Shown: piece after piece, positions 55,585 to 63,768 of the stretch
Layout of the letters: each line of letters begins with the position of its first letter
How positions within the stretch are numbered: position 1 is the first letter of the stretch
Source: Actinomycetota bacterium
GTDB lineage: Bacteria; Actinomycetota; Coriobacteriia; Anaerosomatales; D1FN1-002
DNA length: 63,768 nucleotides
Direction of reading: 5' to 3'
Assembly (NCBI GenBank): GCA_037445995.1
Contig: JBBIJK010000005.1
Span: forward strand, 16,433 to 80,200
Notes under the pieces: model-generated
Database searches by the model: none
Told to the model about the DNA's origin: nothing
The model's input: the letters and a program-made list of their open reading frames with translations, nothing else
Program-made: the position numbers and the translations under genes

Positions 55585-55612
55585 TCGCGAGGTGTTGACG
55601 CCGAAGCTCGTC

Positions 55613-57202
55613 TCACAGCTCGACGCCCCAGACGTCGTCCATGCCAGCCTGTTCCTTGATGGCCGCGAGCAGCTCGGTGCTGACCGGCGAGTCGACGGTG
55701 ATGCACATGAGGGCCGGACCGCCCGCCTCGTGACGGCCGACCTGCATGGACCCGATGTTGACGCCCTGCTCGCCGAGGATGGTTCCGACCTTGCCGATCA
55801 TGCCGGGCCGGTCGGGGTAGCGGAAGAACGCCATGCTCTTCGCCGGCGCGATGTCGATGTCGTAGCCCAGCACCGACACGAGACGCGGCTCGTTGGCCTT
55901 GCCCATCAGGGCCGCGCCCACATCCACCTCTCCGGACGGGCCGTGCGAGCGGACCACCACCATCGAGACGTAATCGTGCGTCTCGGGCCGCTTGGTCTCG
56001 GTGACCTGGATACCGCGCTGTTCGGCGTAGTAGTCGGCGTTGACGAAGTTGACCGATTCGGCCGACACGACGGTGAGCACGCCCTTGAGCACGGCGGTGC
56101 GAAGTATGCGGGTATCGGCCTCGGCCAAGCCTCCGACGAACATGATGTCGAGGGACCCAAGACCCCCGCCTATCTGGGCGACCATCTTGCCCAGGTCCTC
56201 CGCCAGGGAGATGTAGGGCCCGACCTTCTCAAGGGTCTCGGGCGGAACCGGAGCGATGTTGACGGCCGTGGGCACCATCTCGCCGCGCAGGCCGGCGGCG
56301 ACGTACTCCGCTATCTGCTCGCCGGCGCGGTCCTGGGCCTCCGAGGTCGACGCACCCAGGTGCGGGGTGAGGATGGCGTTCTCGACGCCGACGAGCGGCG
56401 AGTCCGTGCACGGCTCCACCTCGTAGACGTCGATGGCCGCGCCGGCGACCTTGCCCGAACGGAGCGCGTCGGCGAGCGCCTCTGTCTGGTAGATGCCCCC
56501 GCGCGCCGTGTTCACGAGCCGGACGCCCTCCTTCATCTTGGCGAACTGCTCGGCGCCGAACATGCCGATGGTCTCCTTGGTCTTGGGAAGGTGGACGGTG
56601 ATGAAGTCCGCCTGCGCGAGGATCGCGTCCACGTCGTCCATGAGCTCGACGCCCATCGCCTGGGCGCGCTCGGGCGTGGTGTAAGGGTCGAAGCCAACCA
56701 GCCGCATGCCGAAGGCCCGGGCGCGCTCCGCCACCAGCGACCCGATGCGACCCAGCCCGAAGATCGCGAGCGTCTTCTCGTACAGCTCGGCTCCCACGAA
56801 CCTGGAGCGCTCCCACTTGCCCTGAGCCATCGACGCCGAGGCCGCCGGGATGTTGCGGGCCATCGCGAGCATCAGCGCGACCGTGTGCTCCGCCGCCGAC
56901 ACTATGTTGGAGGTCGGCGCGTTGCACACGATGATGCCCCGCTCGGTGGCCGCCTCGACGTCGACGTTGTCCACGCCGACGCCCGCGCGTCCGATGATCC
57001 GCAGCTCGGTCCCGGCCTCGATGACCTCGCGGCTGGCCCGGGTGGCGGAGCGCACGATAAGGGCGTGGTAGCCGGGAACCTCCGCCACCAGCTGCTCAGG
57101 GGTCAGGTCGGTCTTGAGCTCTACGTCGAACCCCTGCTTGAGCTTGTCTATCCCGCTGGGCGCGATCTTCTCGGCAACCAGCACCCTCAGCCGCTCGCTC
57201 AT
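55613..57202 (-). CDS. serA: D-3-phosphoglycerate dehydrogenase (long form with ASB and ACT domains)
   Basis: 529 aa. NAD-binding GLGRIGSLVAERA, catalytic region TPHLGAST and a C-terminal ACT domain. Confidence 0.9.
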   Translation of the reverse strand: MSERLRVLVAEKIAPSGIDKLKQGFDVELKTDLTPEQLVAEVPGYHALIVRSATRASREVIEAGTELRIIGRAGVGVDNVDVEAATERGIIVCNAPTSNIVSAAEHTVALMLAMARNIPAASASMAQGKWERSRFVGAELYEKTLAIFGLGRIGSLVAERARAFGMRLVGFDPYTTPERAQAMGVELMDDVDAILAQADFITVHLPKTKETIGMFGAEQFAKMKEGVRLVNTARGGIYQTEALADALRSGKVAGAAIDVYEVEPCTDSPLVGVENAILTPHLGASTSEAQDRAGEQIAEYVAAGLRGEMVPTAVNIAPVPPETLEKVGPYISLAEDLGKMVAQIGGGLGSLDIMFVGGLAEADTRILRTAVLKGVLTVVSAESVNFVNADYYAEQRGIQVTETKRPETHDYVSMVVVRSHGPSGEVDVGAALMGKANEPRLVSVLGYDIDIAPAKSMAFFRYPDRPGMIGKVGTILGEQGVNIGSMQVGRHEAGGPALMCITVDSPVSTELLAAIKEQAGMDDVWGVEL

Positions 57203-58353
57203 GCTCCCTGCCCCTCCATGAAGACGGATTCCGCCGCGCGGATCCCCGCGCCGCGCTCGAACGCGTAGCCCTGTGCCGCGAGCGCCATCTCCAGCGCGGA
57301 CAGGGTCACGATGATGTCGAAGTCGCCGAAGTAGCCGAGGTGACCCACGCGGAAGATGCGGCCCGTGTACTCGTCCTGGCCGCCCGCGATGGTGACACCG
57401 AACCTGTTCTTCATCGTCGAGACCAGCGCCTTGCCGTCAACACCCTCGGGCACCCAGACCGGCGTGACGGCGTTGCCGCGACCCTCGGGCGGCGCGAACA
57501 GCCGCAGACCGAGGGCCTCGCATCCCATGCGAGTGGCTTGGGCCAGCCTCGCGTGGCGGGCGACGGTGTTCTCGATGCCCTCCTCGCGAATCATCCGCAG
57601 CGCCTCGGCAAGGCCGATCACCAACGAGACGGCCGGGGTGAAGGGCGTTGTCTGGTCCGCCAGGTTCTTCTGGTACCTCCTCCAGTCGAAGTAGAAGCGA
57701 GGCAGGGTCGCGCGCTCATACGCGCGCCACGCCTTCTCCGAGACCGTGCACGCCGCCAGGCCCGGCGGCAGCATCAGGCCCTTCTGCGAGCCGGTCATGA
57801 CCACGTCCAGCCCCCAGTCGTCGGTGCGACACTCGACCGCGCCGATCCCGGTGATGCTGTCGACGATGAGCACGCACTCGGAGTGCTCCCGCACGATCTC
57901 ACCGATGGCCCGGACGTCGTTGAGGACCCCCGACGACGTCTCGGAGTGAGTGACGACGACACCCCTCGCGTCGGGGTTGTCTCGCAGCGCATTGGAGATG
58001 TCGCCTGGGTCGACGACGGAGGTCCACTCGTAGCGAAGGTCGACTACGTCCAGGCCGTAGGCGGTCGCGATGGCCACCATCCGGTCCCCGAACTTGCCGT
58101 TGCGCGCGACGATGACTTTGTCGCCGGCGCAGAAGCTGTTGCAGATCGCCGACTCCATCGCGCCCGTCCCCGACGACGAGAAGAGCAGCACGTCGGCGGT
58201 GGTCTGGAAGACGTACTTCAGTCCCTCGACCACCTCCATCAGCGTCGCCGAGAAGTCCGGCGTGCGGTGGTGGATCATCGGTCTGGCCTGCGCGAGCAGG
58301 ACCTCCGCGGGCACGGGAGTGGGCCCCGGTGTCATCAGGTACTTCTTCTGCAT
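57199..58353 (-). CDS. Class V aminotransferase (serine-glyoxylate / phosphoserine aminotransferase-like)
   Basis: 384 aa. MTPGPTPVP N-terminus and PLP-lysine region TGSQKGLMLPPGL. The stop overlaps the serA start. Confidence 0.8.
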   Translation of the reverse strand: MQKKYLMTPGPTPVPAEVLLAQARPMIHHRTPDFSATLMEVVEGLKYVFQTTADVLLFSSSGTGAMESAICNSFCAGDKVIVARNGKFGDRMVAIATAYGLDVVDLRYEWTSVVDPGDISNALRDNPDARGVVVTHSETSSGVLNDVRAIGEIVREHSECVLIVDSITGIGAVECRTDDWGLDVVMTGSQKGLMLPPGLAACTVSEKAWRAYERATLPRFYFDWRRYQKNLADQTTPFTPAVSLVIGLAEALRMIREEGIENTVARHARLAQATRMGCEALGLRLFAPPEGRGNAVTPVWVPEGVDGKALVSTMKNRFGVTIAGGQDEYTGRIFRVGHLGYFGDFDIIVTLSALEMALAAQGYAFERGAGIRAAESVFMEGQGA

Positions 58354-58422
58354 GCCTTGGCGCTCCTTCGCTGTCCCCCCTCGGCCCGGCCGCCGGGAGG
58401 CTCCTGTCCTGCCGAGTGCCGC

Positions 58423-59418
58423 TCAGTCCTTCTTCAGCCAGGCGAACATGCCCCGCAGCTCGCCGCCGACCTCCTCGATGAGGTGCTCGGCGTGGATCCG
58501 CCTCATCGCCTTGAAGTGGGGCTGCCCCGCCTTGTTCTCCAGGATCCACTTCCGGGCGAACTCGCCGTTCTGGATCTCCCAAAGGACCTCGGCCATCGCT
58601 TCGCGGGTCTGGTCGGTGATGATCCTGGGTCCGGTCTCGTAGTCGCCGAACTCGGCGGTGTTGGAGATGGAGTCCCGCATCTTGGCCATTCCGCCCTCAT
58701 ACATGAGGTCGACGATGAGCTTGAGCTCGTGGAGGCACTCGAAGTAGGCCACCTCTGGCTGGTAGCCCGCCTCGACCAGCGTCTCAAAGCCGGCCTGCAC
58801 CAGATGCGTGGCGCCACCGCACAGCACGGCCTGCTCGCCGAACAGGTCCGTCTCGGTCTCCTCGGCGAACGTCGTCTCGATGACGCCGGAGCGGGCGCCG
58901 CCGATGCCGAGCGCCCATGCAAGCGCGATGTCGCGCGCCTGCCCGCTCGCGTCCTGATCGACCGCGATCAGGCACGGGACCCCGGAGCCCTCGAGGTAGA
59001 CGCGGCGCACCATGTGCCCGGGGCCCTTCGGGGCGATCATCACCACGTCGACGTCGGAGGGGGCCTCGACCTGGCCGTAGTGGACGTTGAAGCCGTGCGC
59101 CCAGGCCAGCACCTTGCCCGCGCTCATGGACTCGTGGATCTCCGAGTAGTACACATGGGCCGCGAGCTCGTCGGGCACGAGCATCATGACGATGTCGGCC
59201 TCCTGCGCGGCCTCCCGGGGCGTCATCACCTTCAGGCCGTCGGCCTTGACCTTATCCCAGCTCGCGGACCCGGGACGCAGGCCCACACGGACGTCGCAAC
59301 CCGAGTCGTGCAGGTTGAGAGCGTGAGCGTGTCCCTGCGAGCCGTATCCGATGACGGCGATGGGCCGCCCCTTGATCAGGGACAGGTCGCAGTCGCCCTC
59401 GTAGTACATGGTCGCCAT
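58423..59418 (-). CDS. ilvC: Ketol-acid reductoisomerase
   Basis: 331 aa. Contains [22 protein letters not shown] and the [11 protein letters not shown] motif. Confidence 0.95.
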   Translation of the reverse strand: MATMYYEGDCDLSLIKGRPIAVIGYGSQGHAHALNLHDSGCDVRVGLRPGSASWDKVKADGLKVMTPREAAQEADIVMMLVPDELAAHVYYSEIHESMSAGKVLAWAHGFNVHYGQVEAPSDVDVVMIAPKGPGHMVRRVYLEGSGVPCLIAVDQDASGQARDIALAWALGIGGARSGVIETTFAEETETDLFGEQAVLCGGATHLVQAGFETLVEAGYQPEVAYFECLHELKLIVDLMYEGGMAKMRDSISNTAEFGDYETGPRIITDQTREAMAEVLWEIQNGEFARKWILENKAGQPHFKAMRRIHAEHLIEEVGGELRGMFAWLKKD

Positions 59419-59458
59419 TCTCCCAGCTCCTTCTTCCGGTCGCGCCGCGGCGGCGCGG

Positions 59459-59944
59459 CTACTGTTCCCTCGAACCGCGGGCCAGCGCGATGCGGCCCGT
59501 CCTGGCCAGCTCCTTGATGCCGTACGCCCGCAGGAGGTCCTCCATCGCCCCGAGCTTGTCGGGAGTGCCGGTCGCCTCGATCGTCAGCGAGTTGCGCCCC
59601 ACGTCGATGATCTTGGCGCGGAACACGTTGGCTATCTCGATTATCTCGTGCCGCCTGTCGGGCGGGGCGTTCACCTTGAACAGCACAAGCTCGCGGTCGA
59701 CCATGTCGGCCGGGTCGAGATCCTGGATCTTGAGCACGTTCACCAGCTTGTAAAGCTGCTTGGTGACCTGCTCCAGCGGGGTGTCCGCCGCCGAGACGAC
59801 GATCGTCATGCGCGAGAGCGTGGAGTCCTCGGTCGGGCCGACCGCCAGTGAATCGATGTTGAAGCCGCGCCGCGCGAAAAGGCCGGCGACCCGCGTGAGG
59901 ACGCCCGGCTTGTTCTCGACGAGCACCGAGATCGTGTGCTGCAT
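59459..59944 (-). CDS. ilvN: Acetolactate synthase small (regulatory) subunit
   Basis: 161 aa. [35 protein letters not shown] is an ACT domain. Confidence 0.95.
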   Translation of the reverse strand: MQHTISVLVENKPGVLTRVAGLFARRGFNIDSLAVGPTEDSTLSRMTIVVSAADTPLEQVTKQLYKLVNVLKIQDLDPADMVDRELVLFKVNAPPDRRHEIIEIANVFRAKIIDVGRNSLTIEATGTPDKLGAMEDLLRAYGIKELARTGRIALARGSREQ

Positions 59945-61693
59945 CTACTCCCACACCTCCTCGAGCAACTCGTCGTCCAGCATCTCCGAGACGGGTCCGC
60001 CCGGCACTCCGCCGAGCATCTCGTCGATCGAGCCGCCCGGCGCGACCATCGGGTAGACCATCTCCTCGCGCTCGACGCGGCAGTCCACGAGCGCAGGGCC
60101 GTCATGCCCGAACGCCTTCGACAGGGCCGCGTCTACACCTTCCCGCTCAGTGACCCTCAGGCCCAGCCAACCGTAAGCCTCGGCGAGCCTGACAAGGTCG
60201 GGGCACTCCTGCGAGAGGACGGAGGCCGAGTAGCGCTTTCCGTAGAAGAGCTCCTGCCACTGGCGGACCATTCCGAGATAGCCGTTGTTGAGGACGACCA
60301 CCTTGACCGGGAGCCCGTTGAGCGCGGCGGTGGCCATCTCCTGGCTGTTCATCTGGATCGAACCGTCCCCGGCGATATCGACGACCAGCGCGTCGGGACG
60401 CCCCACCTGAGCGCCGATGGCCGCGGGCAGCCCGAAGCCCATCGTCCCGAGGCCGCCGCTCGAGACCCAGGTCCGTGGCGAGCGGACGGTGTAGTACTGG
60501 CACGCCCACATCTGGTTCTGGCCGACCTCGGTGGCCACGACGGTCTCGCGGTCCTTGGTCAGCTCCCTCACGCGCTCCACGACATACTGCGGGTGCAGCA
60601 CCTCGCCCTCGCCGTCGTGACCGTAGTGGAGCGGGAAGCGCTTGCGCCAGTCGTCTATGACCCGCATCCATGCTTCGGTCCGCGGTTGCGCGTCGCCCCT
60701 GCGAAGCTCCTCCACGATAGCCCCGAGCACCACCTTGGCGTCTCCGACGATCGGGACGTCGACGGCCTTGTTCTTGCCGATCTCGGCGGGGTCGACATCC
60801 GCGTGGATGATCTTGGCCTTGGTGGCGAAAGCGGCCAGCTTGCCGGTGACGCGGTCGTCGAAGCGCACGCCCACCGCCACGAGGAGGTCGGTCTCTGTCA
60901 TCGCGTAATTGGTGTACTTCGCGCCGTGCATCCCCGGCATGCCGACCCACAGGTGATGGTCCTCGGGGAACGCGCCCTTCCCCATCATCGTGGTCACGAC
61001 GGGGAGCTGCATCAGCTCCGCCAGATCCTTGAGCTCCCGGTGCGCGTCTGCGGCGATCACGCCGCCGCCGATGTAGAGAAGCGGCTTGCGGGCTCGCTTG
61101 ATCAGCTCCACGGCCTGCTTTATCTGCTTGCCGTGCCCCTTGACGGTCGGCCTGTACCCGGGAAGGTTCACTGAGGAGGGGTAGCGGAATGCCAGCTCGC
61201 CCTTGCTCACGTCGACAGGCACGTCGATCAGAACCGGGCCGGGTCTGCCGGTAGTCGCGATGTGGAACGCCTCCTTGATGACCTCGGGCAGCTCGGAGGG
61301 GTTCTTCACGAGGTAGTTGTGCTTGGTTATCGGCAGCGTGATGCCGGTGATGTCGGACTCCTGGAAGGCGTCGGTCCCGATCACGGCGGTCGACACCTGG
61401 GCCGTGAAGACCACGAGCGGTATCGAGTCCATGTACGCGTTCGCGATGCCGGTCACCGTGTTGGTGGCCCCAGGACCGCTCGTGACGAGCGCGGGCGCCA
61501 CGCGGCCGGTCGCCCGGGCGTAGCCGTCCGCCATGTGCACCAGGCCCTGCTCGTGCCTCGGCAGGATGGTACGTATCGACTTCGAGTCGTACAGCGCGTC
61601 GAATATGGGCAACGCCACGCCGCCCGGGTAGCCAAAGACGGTGTCCACGCCTTCGGCCTCGAGTGCCCGGACCAGAGCCTCGGCCCCGGTCAT
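59945..61693 (-). CDS. ilvB: Acetolactate synthase large subunit
   Basis: ORF 59945..61795. The conserved start is MTGAEALVRALEAEGVDTVFGYPGG (ATG 61693; an alternative GTG at 61705 overlaps the ilvD stop). ThDP motif GGLGTMGFGLPAAIGA...GDGS...NN. Confidence 0.9.
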   Translation of the reverse strand: MTGAEALVRALEAEGVDTVFGYPGGVALPIFDALYDSKSIRTILPRHEQGLVHMADGYARATGRVAPALVTSGPGATNTVTGIANAYMDSIPLVVFTAQVSTAVIGTDAFQESDITGITLPITKHNYLVKNPSELPEVIKEAFHIATTGRPGPVLIDVPVDVSKGELAFRYPSSVNLPGYRPTVKGHGKQIKQAVELIKRARKPLLYIGGGVIAADAHRELKDLAELMQLPVVTTMMGKGAFPEDHHLWVGMPGMHGAKYTNYAMTETDLLVAVGVRFDDRVTGKLAAFATKAKIIHADVDPAEIGKNKAVDVPIVGDAKVVLGAIVEELRRGDAQPRTEAWMRVIDDWRKRFPLHYGHDGEGEVLHPQYVVERVRELTKDRETVVATEVGQNQMWACQYYTVRSPRTWVSSGGLGTMGFGLPAAIGAQVGRPDALVVDIAGDGSIQMNSQEMATAALNGLPVKVVVLNNGYLGMVRQWQELFYGKRYSASVLSQECPDLVRLAEAYGWLGLRVTEREGVDAALSKAFGHDGPALVDCRVEREEMVYPMVAPGGSIDEMLGGVPGGPVSEMLDDELLEEVWE

Positions 61694-61701
61694 CCTGTCG
61701 G

Positions 61702-63366
61702 TCACGTCACCACCGCCCCTCTGTCGGCGCTCGAGACGGTGCGGGCGTACCGCGCGAGATACCCGGAGGTCGCCTTGATCTCGAGGGCCGTCCATCCGGC
61801 CCGCCTCCGGGCGAGCACGTCTTCGGCGACGTCCAGCGAGATCGTGCCCGCGTCGATGTCCAGCGTGATCGGGTCCCCCTCCTCGACAAACGCGATGGGC
61901 CCGCCAGCCGCCGCCTCCGGCGAGACGTGACCCACTGCGGGCCCCTTGGTCGCGCCGCTGAATCGGCCGTCAGTCACGAGGGCGACACTGGTTGCCAGCC
62001 CCATGCCGCTCACCGCGGACGTCGGGGTCAGCATCTCGCGCATGCCAGGCCCGCCTCGCGGGCCCTCGTGGCGGATGACAATCACGTCACCTGCCCTGAT
62101 GCCACCGCCGAAGATGGCCTCCACGGCGGATTCCTCGGACTCGAACACCCGCGCGGGGCCGGTGTGACGGCGCATCTCGGCGGGGACGGCGGACTGCTTG
62201 ACCACGGACCCGTCAGGCGCGAGGGAGCCGCGCAGGACCTTCAGCCCGCCCTCCGGGTAGTAGGGGTCGTCGATGCGGCGCACGACCACGCCGTCAGCGT
62301 CGGGCGCGGCGTCCGCGATCTGGCCGATGGTGCGCCCGGCGACCGTGCGCGCTTCACCGAAGATCAGCCCCTTCTTCCCGAGCTCCCGCATGATCGTCGG
62401 GACGCCGCCCACCGCGTGGAGATCCTCCATGTGCATGTCGCTGGCCGGGGAGATGCGGCAGAGGTTGGGCGTCCTCGCGGACACTTCCGCCCAGTCGTCC
62501 ATGCCGATCGGGCAACCGAGCTCGTGCGCGATGGCGGTCAGGTGGAGCACGGTGTTGCTGGACCCGCCGAACGCCATGTCGAGCGCCAAGGCGTTGCGGA
62601 TGGCGTCGGCCGTCATCACGTCCCGGGCGGTGATCCCATCCCGCAACAGTTCCATCACGCGCATCCCGGCGCGCTTGGCCAAGCGGATGCGCTCGGAGTA
62701 GACCGCCGGGACCGTGCCGTTGCCCGGAAGGCCCATCCCGATGGCCTCCGTGAGGCAGTTCATCGAGTTGGCCGTGAACATCCCGGCGCAACTGCCGCAC
62801 GTCGGGCAAGCGGCCTCCTCGAGCTCGCACAGCTCGTCCTCGGTCATTTCGCCAGCCTTGACCTTGCCGACGGCGGTGAAGACCGTATCGAGGTCCACCT
62901 GCTTGCCGCGGAAGCGCCCGGCCAGCATGGGCCCCCCGCTTACGATCACCGTCGGGATGTCCAGACGCGCGGCGGCCATGAGCATGCCGGGGGTGATCTT
63001 GTCGCAGTTCGGGATCATCACCATCGCGTCGAACGCGTGAGCCTGGACGGTCAGCTCGATCGAATCGGCGATGACCTCGCGGCTCGGCAGCGAGTAGCGC
63101 ATGCCCGCGTGATTCATCGCGATGCCGTCGCAGATGCCGATCGTCGAGAACCCGAGCGGCGTGCCGCCCGACATCAGGACGCCGTCGCGCACGGCCGCGG
63201 CGATGCGGTCGAGCATGACGTGACCGGGGATCACGTCGTTGGTGGAGCCGACGACGGCGACGAGCGGTCTGGAGATCTCCTCGTCGGTGAGCCCGTCAGC
63301 CTTGAGCAGGCTGCGATGGGGGCTCCTGGCCGTCCCAAGCTTCATGCGGTCGCTTCGCAGCTCCAT
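61702..63366 (-). CDS. ilvD: Dihydroxy-acid dehydratase
   Basis: ORF 61702..63579. The conserved start is [26 protein letters not shown] (ATG 63366, RBS GGAGAAGGAG). Contains [12 protein letters not shown] and TDGRFSG motifs. Confidence 0.9.
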   Translation of the reverse strand: MELRSDRMKLGTARSPHRSLLKADGLTDEEISRPLVAVVGSTNDVIPGHVMLDRIAAAVRDGVLMSGGTPLGFSTIGICDGIAMNHAGMRYSLPSREVIADSIELTVQAHAFDAMVMIPNCDKITPGMLMAAARLDIPTVIVSGGPMLAGRFRGKQVDLDTVFTAVGKVKAGEMTEDELCELEEAACPTCGSCAGMFTANSMNCLTEAIGMGLPGNGTVPAVYSERIRLAKRAGMRVMELLRDGITARDVMTADAIRNALALDMAFGGSSNTVLHLTAIAHELGCPIGMDDWAEVSARTPNLCRISPASDMHMEDLHAVGGVPTIMRELGKKGLIFGEARTVAGRTIGQIADAAPDADGVVVRRIDDPYYPEGGLKVLRGSLAPDGSVVKQSAVPAEMRRHTGPARVFESEESAVEAIFGGGIRAGDVIVIRHEGPRGGPGMREMLTPTSAVSGMGLATSVALVTDGRFSGATKGPAVGHVSPEAAAGGPIAFVEEGDPITLDIDAGTISLDVAEDVLARRRAGWTALEIKATSGYLARYARTVSSADRGAVVT

Positions 63367-63369
63367 GTC

Positions 63370-63760
63370 CACTCCTTCTCCGGGGTGGCGAGCCGTCATT
63401 GCCGCACGTGGAGGACGGTCGAGCGAGGAGGCCATAGATGCAGAGACCGCGGCGAGCGCGCTCCATCCCGGCCAGGGACGAGAGCCAGACACTCCCGCGG
63501 TACCACCCCGCTTGGCGCTGCATCCCCCGGGCTGCGGAGGCTGGTCACGCCCACTCGTGCGGCAGGTAACGGATGCCACCGACCCGATCTACTTGTCCCG
63601 GCTGTCGTCGAAGGTCTTCCGCGCGGCAGCGCCGGTACGTTCCTCCGGGTGGCTCAGGGGCCAGATTCCAGACGTCCCGCGCCGGTTTCCCACCATCCCC
63701 GGCTCTCTTGGGGCGGGATTGGCCTGTACTACTCCCCGTCAACGCCAATCATCGATATCC
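63370..63760 (-). promoter_or_regulatory. T-box riboswitch leader upstream of ilvD (probable Leu CUG specifier; AUC overlaps it)
   Basis: The reverse strand shows a GAUGA K-turn element (63753..63749), GAGUAG S-turn, AGAGA box, GGUGGGAAA distal loop, the specifier-loop 3' side GAAUCUGG before a CCCC stem, F-box CCGUUA (63572..63567) and the T-box core GGGGUGGUACCGCGGGAG (63509..63493). Confidence 0.7.
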
Positions 63761-63768
63761 ATCCCGCT

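Noticed and set aside
58354-58422. GC-rich hairpin-forming spacer between ilvC and the aminotransferase gene as a possible attenuator or terminator.
   Set aside because: The stem is short (CCGGC/GCCGG with CCUC/GAGG flanks) and no U-tract follows. A strong RBS for the next gene comes right after it, consistent with an ordinary intercistronic spacer.
55166-59517. Plus-strand ORFs 55166..57268 (700 aa) and 57340..59517 (725 aa).
   Set aside because: They are antisense to serA, the class V aminotransferase, ilvC and leuA, all with unmistakable motifs. The plus-strand translations carry no motifs.
63545-63748. 67-aa minus-strand ORF, plus the ilvD ORF extension to 63579, upstream of ilvD.
   Set aside because: The region carries all ordered T-box leader elements. 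The ORFs have no RBS or recognisable sequence and are best explained as chance open frames in a structured RNA leader.

Overview
High-GC, Actinomycetota-like chromosomal segment (argCJBDFR-G-H order, pheST next to the arg genes, ilvBNC-serA-leu block). All but two genes lie on the minus strand, and many are translationally coupled through ATGA/GTGA overlaps. Housekeeping content: arginine biosynthesis, pheST, infC-rpmI-rplT, thrS, folC, valS, clpXP, tig, tRNA-Leu(TAG), tRNA-Lys(CTT), ilv/leu/serA genes and two T-box leaders (pheS with a UUC specifier; ilvD with a probable Leu CUG specifier). The standout is the first 14.9 kb, which reads as one operon. It encodes a ~3060-aa secreted protein with a propeller-like N-terminus, Ig-like and FN3-like segments and about 49 CXXCH heme c sites by my count, including a perfect 1986-bp, 14-heme, in-frame tandem duplication. 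Downstream, tightly coupled, are a ResB-like gene, a CcsA-like gene, an unknown membrane-anchored protein, a family-5 SBP lipoprotein and a second ResB-like gene that runs off the window and is missing from the ORF track. Upstream sits a perfect TGTGA-N6-TCACA palindrome at a class-II-like position. I read this as a candidate cell-surface or wall-spanning electron-transfer module with its own System II cytochrome maturation genes in a Gram-positive-type organism. Novelty cannot be established without database searches. A second accessory-looking block is an Mrp/Mbh-like cation:proton antiporter module (E-F-G-MbhD-like-B-C-D-D-D, no MrpA), bracketed by tRNA-Lys and a degenerate copy of the tRNA-Lys 3' half. 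Also present: a SipW-type signal peptidase with a TasA-like substrate, a cytochrome P460-like lipoprotein, and an O-antigen-ligase-like gene inserted antisense between leuC and leuD. No CRISPR, rRNA, transposase or integrase was recognised. Many long ORFs in the track are antisense shadows typical of high-GC DNA.
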